DNA of 64,000 nt, taken from contig CAKPNA010000001.1 of the NCBI GenBank assembly GCA_934168275.1, positions 132,009 through 196,008 on the forward strand, in the 5' to 3' direction. Each line of letters opens with the position of its first letter. The first letter of the stretch is position 1. The notes beneath the pieces are model-generated. The model saw nothing but the letters and a program-made list of their open reading frames with translations. It was not told where the DNA came from and made no database searches. Of this stretch, positions 1 to 9,116 are shown piece by piece. The translations under genes and the position numbers were made by a program. The DNA is from an uncultured Bacilli bacterium. Lineage in GTDB: Bacteria; Bacillota_I; Bacilli_A; RF39; UBA660.

Positions 1-363
1 GATATTAGTATGCATATAAGATACATTATTTTTAGACGCTAAAAGAGCTAACCTTGAACTAACTACATATCCTGTACCATAACTAATTGCACAATCAAAC
101 CTTCGATAATACTTTAACTTAGTATAAATAATCTTAAACATATTAATAGCTTTTCTAAGTAAAGTAAACTTCATTCTAGATAAACCATAATCTTCAATAT
201 GAACTTCTTTATTAACATTAGGAAGTAGTTCCCCTTTCTTATCTTGTAATAAAATAGTAACATCATATTTACTATAATCAAAATTATTAACAAGATTTAC
301 TAAACAGCTCTCTACTCCCCCAATACTTAGATCATATGTTGTAAATAATATCTTTTTCTTCAT
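1..363 (-). CDS. glycosyltransferase, GT4-like N-terminal region; partial, continues beyond the window start
   Basis: Open minus-strand frame from the ATG at 363 to position 1 with no stop: MKKKILFTTYDLSIGGVESCLVNL... This N-terminus is typical of the GT4 glycosyltransferase N-terminal domain. It starts 4 nt after the GT2 gene stop. Confidence 0.5.
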   Translation of the reverse strand, partial: MKKKILFTTYDLSIGGVESCLVNLVNNFDYSKYDVTILLQDKKGELLPNVNKEVHIEDYGLSRMKFTLLRKAINMFKIIYTKLKYYRRFDCAISYGTGYVVSSRLALLASKNNVSYMHTNI

Positions 364-366
364 ATA

Positions 367-1362
367 TTATTGCCTCTCTACTCTTACTATTCTATAAAAT
401 AACTTCTTCTTACCTACATTACTAAGTAATAAATTAAAATATATTCTATTCTTTAAAGTTAATTCAGGATAATATTTTAATATATATTTCTTATATGGTA
501 TTAATAAATCAATAAGTTCTAAATATTTAGGTGCATACTTAATCTTTGTCTCTTTTGAACCTGTTTGATTTAAAAACAATAAAACATTTCGATACTGAAA
601 GAATACTCTAGCATATATTACTTTATTATATTCTATCTTAATTTGACTCAAAACACTCTCTAACACAATCTTATGATCTTCAAATACCTTTTCTTTAGTA
701 TCAGTCATACTATTTCCTGGTCTATCTACTAAATAATAAGATAAAGCATCTTCAATATACATAACTCTCTTGGCATTACATAATGCTAATAAGTATAACA
801 AATAATCTGTAAAACTAACTTTCTTAGGAAACTTTATATTTTTACATATCTCAGTTCTATATAATTTAGAATGTGGACTAGGTTGTAAAAAATAAAACTC
901 ATCAGTTATTTCATAAACCATATTAGGTACACACTTACATCCATCAAACTTAGAATTATCATATACTTCTTCACTATTATCATTATAAACTAAATATTTA
1001 GAACCTACTACTATATCTAAATTATCAGTAGTAGCCTTCTTATATAATACTTCAATAGCATCCTCTTTTAACCAATCATCAGGATCACATATTAAAAAGT
1101 ATGGTGTAGTTATATTCTTAATAGCATACTCTAACACTGACCCATAACCACCATTTTCTTTTTCAATACATTTAACTCTAGAATCTTTTTTAGCATACTC
1201 TTTCATAATACTAACACTATTATCCGGACTACCATCACTAATTGCCCATATTTCAATATCTTTAAACGTTTGACTAACTAAACTATCTAGACACTTTCTT
1301 AAATATTCTTCCACATTATAAATAGGTACAATAATACTTACCTTTGCATCACTTTTACTCAT
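367..1362 (-). CDS. family 2 glycosyltransferase
   Basis: Translation has VSIIVPIYNVEEYL...DGSPDNS...ICDPDDWL, the GT2 (DxD) signature, over 331 aa. Confidence 0.8.
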   Translation of the reverse strand: MSKSDAKVSIIVPIYNVEEYLRKCLDSLVSQTFKDIEIWAISDGSPDNSVSIMKEYAKKDSRVKCIEKENGGYGSVLEYAIKNITTPYFLICDPDDWLKEDAIEVLYKKATTDNLDIVVGSKYLVYNDNSEEVYDNSKFDGCKCVPNMVYEITDEFYFLQPSPHSKLYRTEICKNIKFPKKVSFTDYLLYLLALCNAKRVMYIEDALSYYLVDRPGNSMTDTKEKVFEDHKIVLESVLSQIKIEYNKVIYARVFFQYRNVLLFLNQTGSKETKIKYAPKYLELIDLLIPYKKYILKYYPELTLKNRIYFNLLLSNVGKKKLFYRIVRVERQ

Positions 1363-1445
1363 TAAATCTTCCTTTCAACTTATAGTATTTCTATAAATAA
1401 TTATAACATATTAACTTTCATTTACAAATATAAATACCATACTTT

Positions 1446-1474
1446 ACTAAAAAACCTCTAGAAAATTCTAGAAG
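1446..1474 (-). terminator. intrinsic terminator downstream of secreted-protein paralog A
   Basis: Palindrome cctctagaa-aa-ttctagaag (1455-1474). On the minus strand it is followed by UUUUUUAG (plus-strand A-run 1447-1454). Confidence 0.45.
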
Positions 1475-1522
1475 TTTAATAGATTTTTATAAATATTAAA
1501 TATTAACAAATATATCTATAAA

Positions 1523-3349
1523 TCAATTTACAATAAAAGGTGAACTTGAAGTCCCATTGCCACTGGATAATACTGTGCCTTTTTTTAAGGATATTGTAGG
1601 TCTAACGTCTAACAAACTAGTGACATAGTTGCTGCTGAAATCCCCAGAAGAACGCAAGGTGAACTCGTTAGCAGCCCAGACGCTGAAGTGAGACGGAGAA
1701 AAGGACCAATTATGTACTCCATTGTATAGGTAATATGATGTATTTGTCTGCCATAGAACCGCTCCAGCATATGCCATTTCTTCCGCTGTTATCATACCAA
1801 CTGGATATGTCAACTTACCATTGCCATTATCCGCACTAACTGAAAATTTATCTAATTGTCTTGGACATACTAAACTAAGTTTTCTATTATATAATCTTTG
1901 CATACTACCAAAATTTAACCACTTATCATAATTACTATAATTATTATTCCAGCCACTAGTATTAAAATTATAATATGTTCGGTCATTACAAAAACCAGTA
2001 TCTTCTAATTTTGATGTATAACTAGTCATATTAGTTTTATACCAAGCGTCTATTTTAACTTTAGCATTTGATTCTTTAACATTAATGTTTCCTTCAAACA
2101 TATCATTTAATAAATCTTTTGGTTTCTTACCATTTGTTAAAGTAAAATAGTAAGCATTTTTATTTTCATTATATATAAAATGAATATAATATACACTTTG
2201 ACATGTTGTACTTGAACTAAAACAAGTATAATGATATTTATCAGTATAATTACTATATTCTGTATTCCAATTGCTTGGGTTTGTTAACGTTTTTGTATCT
2301 TTTAAAGTATATTTTCCTGTGCTAGCATCATATGTTGCATCATTACCAAATACAATATTTCCACTTAGCGTTGTAATATCCTTACTACTAGCAGTATGAG
2401 CAGTATTATACATGTATCCTACATAGGCTGGTGAGTTTGGACTTGTATTAAATTGAATATTACCTATTGTTGTATCCACACCAGTATTATTACATTGTCC
2501 ATTAGAAGGTTTACCATCATATATTAATTTAACCCCACCAGTTTCGGTTGTTCTTACTATTCGCCAACAAAAGTTAGCGAATAAGACATGATTATTATCT
2601 ACTGCTCCCCTGTAGTAATATACAGGGACATTATTTTCAGTATTAGTTGTTGTATATATACCTTTTGTCCCATCATCACTAGATTGTTTACTAAAATCTA
2701 TTTTAGTATATTTATCGGCACTACTCTTTATCTTATAGAATAAAGTATTTGTTCCGTTCCCATCATCATAACCATAATCTATTGGTAGATTAGGATTATT
2801 ACTTGATGTTCCTTTCATATTAACTGATATACTTCCACTTAAATTTTGGGTTTCTGTTTCATCTAGCCAAATATATAAGTAATATGTTTTTGTATAATTA
2901 TTACCTGATTTAGTTATATTATCATAGTCATTTTTAATTAGCCAAACATCATTACCAACTGTTTTATTTTTAAAACTGCCACTTGATACAATATCCTCAG
3001 TACAACTACTAGCATTAGTAGTAAGTGTATATCGCATTGACTCTCTTTTTAAGCTATCCGATAGTGTGGCAATATTCATGCCTATACTAAATGATACTTT
3101 ACCACCTGAAGTATTATTGGAGGTTGCCACAATTTTCTTCTTAATAGCATATTCACTAGTACACTTAGATGGCATGAATGAAGTATTAGTATTGCCTCCT
3201 CCATCAATAGTCATTGTCAAATTACCTGCTCTAATTTGGGTAATATTAGTGGCTACTGCACTTGTTGTATAATAAGCAAATGTTCCTCCAATACCTAGCA
3301 TTACTATTGATAAAATAGTTAAAATAATAAATAATCTCTTTCTTTCCAT
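1523..3349 (-). CDS. large secreted Asn/Thr/Gly/Tyr-rich protein with TasA/camelysin-type (SipW-cognate) signal peptide; paralog A of a multigene family
   Basis: 608 aa ORF. The N-terminus MERKRLFIILTILSIVMLGIGGTFAYYTTSAVATNITQIRAGNLTMT matches the GGTFAYFSD...NTFAAGTLDLTL pattern of TasA/CalY SipW-dependent signal peptides. The first ~92 codons are identical to the ORF at 59963..61531. The C-terminal segment is locally GC-rich (..DVRPTISL..PFIVN). Confidence 0.75.
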   Translation of the reverse strand: MERKRLFIILTILSIVMLGIGGTFAYYTTSAVATNITQIRAGNLTMTIDGGGNTNTSFMPSKCTSEYAIKKKIVATSNNTSGGKVSFSIGMNIATLSDSLKRESMRYTLTTNASSCTEDIVSSGSFKNKTVGNDVWLIKNDYDNITKSGNNYTKTYYLYIWLDETETQNLSGSISVNMKGTSSNNPNLPIDYGYDDGNGTNTLFYKIKSSADKYTKIDFSKQSSDDGTKGIYTTTNTENNVPVYYYRGAVDNNHVLFANFCWRIVRTTETGGVKLIYDGKPSNGQCNNTGVDTTIGNIQFNTSPNSPAYVGYMYNTAHTASSKDITTLSGNIVFGNDATYDASTGKYTLKDTKTLTNPSNWNTEYSNYTDKYHYTCFSSSTTCQSVYYIHFIYNENKNAYYFTLTNGKKPKDLLNDMFEGNINVKESNAKVKIDAWYKTNMTSYTSKLEDTGFCNDRTYYNFNTSGWNNNYSNYDKWLNFGSMQRLYNRKLSLVCPRQLDKFSVSADNGNGKLTYPVGMITAEEMAYAGAVLWQTNTSYYLYNGVHNWSFSPSHFSVWAANEFTLRSSGDFSSNYVTSLLDVRPTISLKKGTVLSSGNGTSSSPFIVN

Positions 3350-3371
3350 AAATGTACAATCCCTTTCTTAG

Positions 3372-3427
3372 TAAATAAAAAACTACGATAAAAAGAGTCT
3401 AATCGCTTAAACTCTCTTTACCGTAGT
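3372..3427 (-). terminator. strong intrinsic terminator/attenuator hairpin immediately upstream of the paralog A start codon
   Basis: On the mRNA: ACUACGGUAAAGAGAGU-(12 nt loop)-ACUCUUUUUAUCGUAGU, a 17 bp stem with 2 GU pairs, followed by UUUUUUAUUU. The stem ends about 45 nt before the ATG at 3349 and the U-tract ends about 22 nt before it, just ahead of the AAAGGGA Shine-Dalgarno. Plus-strand arms are 3382-3398 and 3411-3427. Confidence 0.6.
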
Positions 3428-3459
3428 TATTATATTATTTAAACAAACATGTGTATTAT

Positions 3460-3516
3460 TTAGCCCCCCCCCCCCGGTAAACTTGGAGTTAACTTTTTAT
3501 TAACTTTATTATCCAT
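3460..3516 (-). CDS. putative leader peptide ORF (18 aa, MDNKVNKKLTPSLPGGGG) containing the poly-G tract
   Basis: AAAGGAG Shine-Dalgarno (3532..3526) sits 9 nt upstream of the ATG at 3516..3514. The frame runs through 12 G and hits TAA at 3462..3460. With 13 G the frame would continue and stop at a UAA inside the loop of the downstream terminator. Confidence 0.4.
   Translation of the reverse strand: MDNKVNKKLTPSLPGGGG
3464..3475 (-). repeat. homopolymeric tract of 12 C on the plus strand (12 G on the coding strand); candidate slipped-strand phase-variation site
   Basis: Direct count of 12 consecutive C in a roughly 27% GC genome. The tract lies inside the leader ORF, 115-126 nt upstream of the paralog A ATG. 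Confidence 0.95.
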
Positions 3517-3580
3517 AATTATTAGCTCCTTTCTACTTAGGAAGAAATACTTTGTTTGTTTATTTTCTTACCTTAAATTA

Positions 3581-3609
3581 ATTCTAGCACAAAACTCATC
3601 TCTATGCAA
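3581..3609 (-). promoter_or_regulatory. sigma-A-like promoter (TTGCAT-17-TAGAAT) for the leader/paralog A unit
   Basis: Minus strand reads gtcTTGCATagagatgagttttgtgcTAGAATtaatttaagg. The -10 hexamer is at the aligned position of a TATAAT in the second locus. Confidence 0.45.
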
Positions 3610-3642
3610 GACCAAAAATTACATAAATATTTTAAACTATAA

Positions 3643-5415
3643 CTATTGCTCAATACTACTTATATATTCTAAAAAAGATTCTGCTACATTCTTAGGCAAT
3701 ATTTCTTCTAATTCTTGAATAGTAGCTTTCTTCATATTCGTTAAAGTCTTATATTTCTTTAATAGTTCTTTCTTTCTCTTTTCTCCAATACCATCAATAT
3801 TATCTAAAATACTTGTTAAAGCTCCTTTACTTCTAATACTACGATGATAACTAATAACATAATTATGTACTTCATCTTGCATTCTTGTAAGAAGTAAAAA
3901 TAATGGACTCTTCTTATCTATATTAATAGCTTCTACCGGATAATTACCAAGTAAAACATTAGTATTATGGTTATCATCTTTCTTTAAACCTGCTACCGGA
4001 ATAAAAAAGTTAAGTTCCTCTAAAACACTTCTTGCTACATTAATTTGTCCTAATCCACCATCAACTATTATTAAATCAGGTTTAGGGAGTTTATCTTTCA
4101 TTACTCTGAAATATCTTCTATAAATAACTTCTCTCATCGTCCCATAATCATCATTCTTATCATTAGTTATCTTAAACTTACGATATTCATTCTTACAAGG
4201 TTTACCATCAATAAATACGACCATTCCTGATACATTAAAACTACCAAATAAATTAGAATTATCAAATAGTTCTATTCTACTTAAGTTATCTAAATGTAAT
4301 AACTCTTTAAGTTCACTGATAGCTTTATCTCTCATCTCATCATCTTGTTTAACTAAAGTCATCTGTTCATCAAAATACATCTTAGCATTCTCAAAAGCTA
4401 AATCTAATATTTTTTTCTTCTTACCCTTAACCGGAATATTTACTCTTAAATCAAAAGCTTCCTCTAATAATTCTTTATCTAAAATATCCGGTATTAGTAC
4501 CTCATTAGGTTTAATCTTATGTTTATCATAAAAGTTAGATACATAACTAGTTAATTCTTCTTCTAAAGTATCAACCATTGGGAATATATCTCTCTTTCTA
4601 TCTAATAACTTTCCCCCTCTAATAAATAATATCTGTACAGATAAATAATTACCATCAGTATAATACCCAATAACATCTCTATCTATATTATCATCTAATT
4701 CTACTTTCTGTTTCTCTAAAGTAATATTAATATAATCTAACATATTCTTATATTCAATAGCTTTTTCAAACATTAACTTATCAGCATAATTATCCATACT
4801 CTGTTTTATCTTAGCAGTTACTATCTCATGATTACCATTTAAAAAAGATATAATTTCATTTCTCATATTATTAATTACTTCTTTATCAATATTATGAGTA
4901 CAATAACCAAGACACTCTCCTATATGATAATATAAACATTCTTTCTTTGGATAAGTCTTACACTTTCTAAGAGGATATATTCTATTTAAAATATCTACTG
5001 TCTCTCTAGCTGCTGTTACATTAGGATAAGGGCCAAATAGTTTATGACTTTTATTCTTCCTTATATTAGCATTTCTTACTACTATTAATCTAGGTACATT
5101 CTCATTAGTAAGTTCAATGTATGGATATGATTTATCATCTCTAAGTAAAATATTATATTTAGGATTATATTTCTTTATTAGATTAATCTCTAATAATAAA
5201 GCCTCTAAATTAGAAGAAGTTAATATATATTCAAACTTAGCTATATCTCTTACTAACATAGCAGTCTTTCCTGTATGACTAGATCTAAAATAAGAAGATA
5301 ATCTATTCTTTAAATTCTTCGATTTACCAACATAAATAACATTCCCATCACTATTCTTCATTAAATAACATCCCGGATGGTGTGGTACCAAAGACAATTC
5401 TTCTTTAAACATCAT
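3643..5415 (-). CDS. uvrC: excinuclease ABC subunit C
   Basis: 590 aa with an N-terminal GIY-YIG region (PGCYLMKNSDGNVIYVGKSKNLKNRLSSYF) and UvrC-typical length and C-terminus. Confidence 0.9.
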   Translation of the reverse strand: MMFKEELSLVPHHPGCYLMKNSDGNVIYVGKSKNLKNRLSSYFRSSHTGKTAMLVRDIAKFEYILTSSNLEALLLEINLIKKYNPKYNILLRDDKSYPYIELTNENVPRLIVVRNANIRKNKSHKLFGPYPNVTAARETVDILNRIYPLRKCKTYPKKECLYYHIGECLGYCTHNIDKEVINNMRNEIISFLNGNHEIVTAKIKQSMDNYADKLMFEKAIEYKNMLDYINITLEKQKVELDDNIDRDVIGYYTDGNYLSVQILFIRGGKLLDRKRDIFPMVDTLEEELTSYVSNFYDKHKIKPNEVLIPDILDKELLEEAFDLRVNIPVKGKKKKILDLAFENAKMYFDEQMTLVKQDDEMRDKAISELKELLHLDNLSRIELFDNSNLFGSFNVSGMVVFIDGKPCKNEYRKFKITNDKNDDYGTMREVIYRRYFRVMKDKLPKPDLIIVDGGLGQINVARSVLEELNFFIPVAGLKKDDNHNTNVLLGNYPVEAINIDKKSPLFLLLTRMQDEVHNYVISYHRSIRSKGALTSILDNIDGIGEKRKKELLKKYKTLTNMKKATIQELEEILPKNVAESFLEYISSIEQ

Positions 5416-5498
5416 ATCCCTCCCTTAAATTACTATACATATTATATAAGATAATTGCCATAAAGTAAATATCATGGTACAATTACTTTGGTGAGTTT

Positions 5499-6080
5499 AT
5501 GAATACTATAAAAGAAACTATCGAAAATACTTTAATTATTAAAAACTCTAGATTTATAACAATTATTTATAATATTAATGATATTAAAGATATTGATAAA
5601 TATTTAAAACTAGTTAAAGATAAATATAAAGATGCTACTCATTACTGCTATGCCTATATATTACCTAATAATATTAAATGTAGTGATGATGGTGAACCCG
5701 GTGGTACTGCCGGTAAACCAATATTAGATGTCCTAACTAAACATAATCTAAACTTTATCTTAGCAATCGTTGTTAGATATTTTGGAGGTATCAAACTAGG
5801 TGCTGGTGGTCTTATTCGTGCTTATTCCAAGTGCATATCTAGCTGTTTAAATAATACCGAGTTAACTAAATTAATACCCGGTAAAAATATCGATATCTAT
5901 TTTACTTATAAAGATATTAATGATATTGACTTATTACTAACTATTTGTCATATCAATAATAAAAATTATCAAGATATGATTAGTTATAATGTAAATATTC
6001 CTAATGATTTATTACCAATTCTTGAAAATAAATACCAAGTTAAAGTAAATAATGATATCTATATAAAAAGTGATATGTAA
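5499..6080 (+). CDS. yigZ: YigZ/IMPACT family protein
   Basis: 193 aa; the N-terminal domain with ..HYCYAY....DGEPGGTAGKPIL.. is characteristic of the UPF0029/IMPACT family. Confidence 0.7.
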   Translation: MNTIKETIENTLIIKNSRFITIIYNINDIKDIDKYLKLVKDKYKDATHYCYAYILPNNIKCSDDGEPGGTAGKPILDVLTKHNLNFILAIVVRYFGGIKLGAGGLIRAYSKCISSCLNNTELTKLIPGKNIDIYFTYKDINDIDLLLTICHINNKNYQDMISYNVNIPNDLLPILENKYQVKVNNDIYIKSDM

Positions 6081-6092
6081 TTAAACATATCA

Positions 6093-8279
6093 CTATTTTT
6101 TATAACAATAATTATCATTTATTTTAGTATATCCACTTAAACAAGTATAAGTTGTTACAAGAGCACGACAACTAAGATTATTATTATATAGTTCTTCTCC
6201 AGCATCACACCAACGATTATCCTTACACGATGAATAATTTACACTACCCTGTGATACACAGGAAGCTCCCCAACCTGTACATCGACATGACGTTACCCTA
6301 CCAGTATTTGTTATACAACCACAAGAACCAGTTATATTTGAGTGTGATGTACCTCTATCTTCATATGTAGAACTTTTCTGAGTTGCCACAATAATAATCG
6401 AACAGCTACTAGGATTACCTGCTGTATCTTTTACATAATATGTATGCGTTCCAACTGCAATACTCTTACTAGTACTATTACTTCCGGAATATGAACTACT
6501 CCATCCTTGATAAGCTATTCCTTTATCATCACTAGCTGTTGCTGTTATATTACTAGCATCAGCACTTAATGTACATGTTGGTGATGTTGTATCATTAGCC
6601 TTCCATATAGCATACAAAGTTGTTGATTCATTAGCTGTATACTTAGAACCCGGCTGATAACTAGTTCCACTACCATCAATACTAGTATTCCAACTAACAA
6701 AAGCATAACCTGTTCTCGTTGGCTTAGTACTAGATAAAGTTAAATCAACTGTATTATATTTATCTTGACTTGTCGGAGCACCACTACCACCATTAGCATT
6801 ATAATTAACTGTTATAACATTAGATATATAACCTATAATATTAATAACTGAACTATTACCAACATTATCATAAGCAATTACTTGGATATATCTTTGCCCT
6901 GTATCAGATATAGTTAAATTACTATTATTACTCACTATATTATTACTAACAATATTAGTATTTAATTGATTATATATACCACTACTATTTTGTAATATCC
7001 TAATCTCTTTTATATTGCTCATACTATCACTAGCATTATACTTAATATTAAAACTATTATAAGACCAATTCTTATCATCTATCGAAATACTAGTATTAGT
7101 ACTCTTCTCTATCTTATTACCAATTAAACTACCTAAACAATTATCTTTATTAGAGCACCTCTGTTCAATAACATTAATAGTAGGAGCTGTTCTATCAATA
7201 TAAATACTAACATCTATCTTACTACTATTTCCTGCTTCATCAGTTGCTACAATAGTAGCTTTTCTATTACCATCACCAGATAATGTCTTAGAGCAAGAAT
7301 TATTACAATTGGCACCACTATTACTAGGACTGCCTCCATTAATACTACCTTCATTATTATAAGTCCATTTAATCGCACTATTTTCATTAGTACTAATATC
7401 AAACCAATATCCATAATTTTTCCATTCATTAATTATATAATTACTATTAATAGTAGTAATAAGTTCTCCTTTAGTTTTTGGATTATTTCCCTCATAACTA
7501 CCAATCTTATAAACATTTAAACTAATAGCTGGAGGAATATTATCTATAAAATCAATATTCTTAGTAGCATCTGCTACATTCTCTCCATTAATATTAACAA
7601 AAGCCGATATTACACCATTAGATTTAATATTTAACCTAACTACATCACTACTTGCTAAATACCAACGTCCTGACTCTAAACTACTAACTGCATTATTACT
7701 ACAATTACCAATACCTTCACAAGAATAAACTACATCATTAGTAGTAACCGTATTTTCATCAAATTCTGATATATAAAAATATCTATAATAATTATCATTT
7801 AAACCATTATATAATATCTTCGTATTTGTTGTTTTTACTTTCTTACCTTTATTATCCGTAGATATTGATATACTAGATTGATAACCACAATCTACATCCG
7901 GTAAAATACTATCTTCAAAAGAAAAACTAGTCTCTTTTATAACTTTACTATCTTTATCTCTGACTACTTTTAACATAGTATCCTTTGATAATTTATCATT
8001 CTTATTAATAGTATTCTCATCAAAATAACCTATCTCTATCATATTACCTAATGATATACAACTATATTCATAATTATCTTTAACATTCCAATAACTAGAT
8101 ACTTCATCAGTATATATTTTCGATATATCTTTAATATTATTATAAGTAATTAACTCAGCATTATCTTTTGCCTTATTAATGTTTTTCATTACTATATATA
8201 CTGTAACACTTAAAACTACTCCAAGTATAACTACTGTACTTAATAACTCCACTAATGTAAAACCATTTTTCTTTCTCAT
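6093..8279 (-). CDS. prepilin-type N-terminal cleavage/methylation domain protein (large pseudopilin-like) with Listeria-Bacteroides repeat (Flg_new-like) domain and Cys-rich C-terminus
   Basis: The N-terminus MRKKNGFTLVELLSTVVILGVVL is a class III signal peptide (G|FTLVE). Residues ..GYAFVSWNTSIDGSGTSYQPGSKYTANESTTLYAIW match the Flg_new repeat. The last ~80 aa contain 14 Cys. Confidence 0.7.
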   Translation of the reverse strand: MRKKNGFTLVELLSTVVILGVVLSVTVYIVMKNINKAKDNAELITYNNIKDISKIYTDEVSSYWNVKDNYEYSCISLGNMIEIGYFDENTINKNDKLSKDTMLKVVRDKDSKVIKETSFSFEDSILPDVDCGYQSSISISTDNKGKKVKTTNTKILYNGLNDNYYRYFYISEFDENTVTTNDVVYSCEGIGNCSNNAVSSLESGRWYLASSDVVRLNIKSNGVISAFVNINGENVADATKNIDFIDNIPPAISLNVYKIGSYEGNNPKTKGELITTINSNYIINEWKNYGYWFDISTNENSAIKWTYNNEGSINGGSPSNSGANCNNSCSKTLSGDGNRKATIVATDEAGNSSKIDVSIYIDRTAPTINVIEQRCSNKDNCLGSLIGNKIEKSTNTSISIDDKNWSYNSFNIKYNASDSMSNIKEIRILQNSSGIYNQLNTNIVSNNIVSNNSNLTISDTGQRYIQVIAYDNVGNSSVINIIGYISNVITVNYNANGGSGAPTSQDKYNTVDLTLSSTKPTRTGYAFVSWNTSIDGSGTSYQPGSKYTANESTTLYAIWKANDTTSPTCTLSADASNITATASDDKGIAYQGWSSSYSGSNSTSKSIAVGTHTYYVKDTAGNPSSCSIIIVATQKSSTYEDRGTSHSNITGSCGCITNTGRVTSCRCTGWGASCVSQGSVNYSSCKDNRWCDAGEELYNNNLSCRALVTTYTCLSGYTKINDNYCYKK

Positions 8280-8336
8280 AATACCCTACTTTCTATCTAA
8301 TACAATTATAAAATAAAAAGTAAGTATTATCAAGTA

Positions 8337-9065
8337 TTAATTAATCTTTCCATCTTCATAAAAACTATAATAACTATTGTTTCCTATTATTAAGTGATCT
8401 ACTAATTTAATAGAGTGTATTACCCCTATTTCATAAATATTTCTAGTAATCATTATATCTTCTTTACTAGGAGTGGGATCTCCTGAAGGATGATTATGAA
8501 TACATATAATGGCGGATGCCGATAATAAATAAGCCTCTTTAAATATCTCTCTTGGATGAGCGATAGACTTATTAATACTACCTACAAATAATTTCTTCTT
8601 ACCTAAGCATTTCTTCTTATTATCTAAATAAAGACAATAAAACTCTTCTTGATAAGAATCTCTAAATAAATAATTAAAATACTTAATAATCTTATCTGGA
8701 CTATTACATACTAATAAATCTTTATCTAACACTTCTTGATATATTCTTCTTCCAAGTTCAATAATTGCCTTTAATTCAATAGCTTTAACTTTACCTATTC
8801 CCTCTACTTGTTCTAAAGTATTTATCCCAATATCTTTTAAATTACTAACATCTCCTATAACACTAAGTAAATTATAAGATACTTCTTTAACATTATATTT
8901 CTTCGTACCAGTCTTTAATATTATTGATAATAATTCTTCATTAGATAAACTTTTCTCCCCATACATAAGTAATCTCTCCCTAGGTAATTCTACCTTAGGA
9001 ATATTCTTTAACTTCATATAACACCCCCTATTAATAGTAATATATAAAATATCCTTTTTCAACAA
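8337..9065 (-). CDS. radC: RadC-like JAB domain protein
   Basis: HNHPSGDPTPSKEDI JAMM motif with an N-terminal HhH region; 242 aa. Confidence 0.8.
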   Translation of the reverse strand: MLKKDILYITINRGCYMKLKNIPKVELPRERLLMYGEKSLSNEELLSIILKTGTKKYNVKEVSYNLLSVIGDVSNLKDIGINTLEQVEGIGKVKAIELKAIIELGRRIYQEVLDKDLLVCNSPDKIIKYFNYLFRDSYQEEFYCLYLDNKKKCLGKKKLFVGSINKSIAHPREIFKEAYLLSASAIICIHNHPSGDPTPSKEDIMITRNIYEIGVIHSIKLVDHLIIGNNSYYSFYEDGKIN

Positions 9066-9116
9066 AATTAACTAAAAAAAAGATATAGACTTTTAAATCT
9101 ATATCTCATACTTACA

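Noticed and set aside
3066-3272. Plus-strand ORFs 3066..3272 and 61143..61454 sharing an identical C-terminus
   Set aside because: These are antisense shadow ORFs inside the identical 5' segments of the two family genes. Their identity merely reflects the duplicated cassette.
3464-3475. Poly-G tract acting as a variable -35/-10 spacer of the promoter (classic Neisseria/Mycoplasma-style)
   Set aside because: A TTTACC...ATAATA pair can be drawn around the tract. However, a strong AAAGGAG-9-ATG sits 40 nt upstream and places the tract inside an ORF. Better-conserved TTGCAT-17-TAGAAT and TTGTAT-17-TATAAT promoters lie further upstream at the same aligned position in both loci. Kept only as an alternative to be excluded by TSS mapping.
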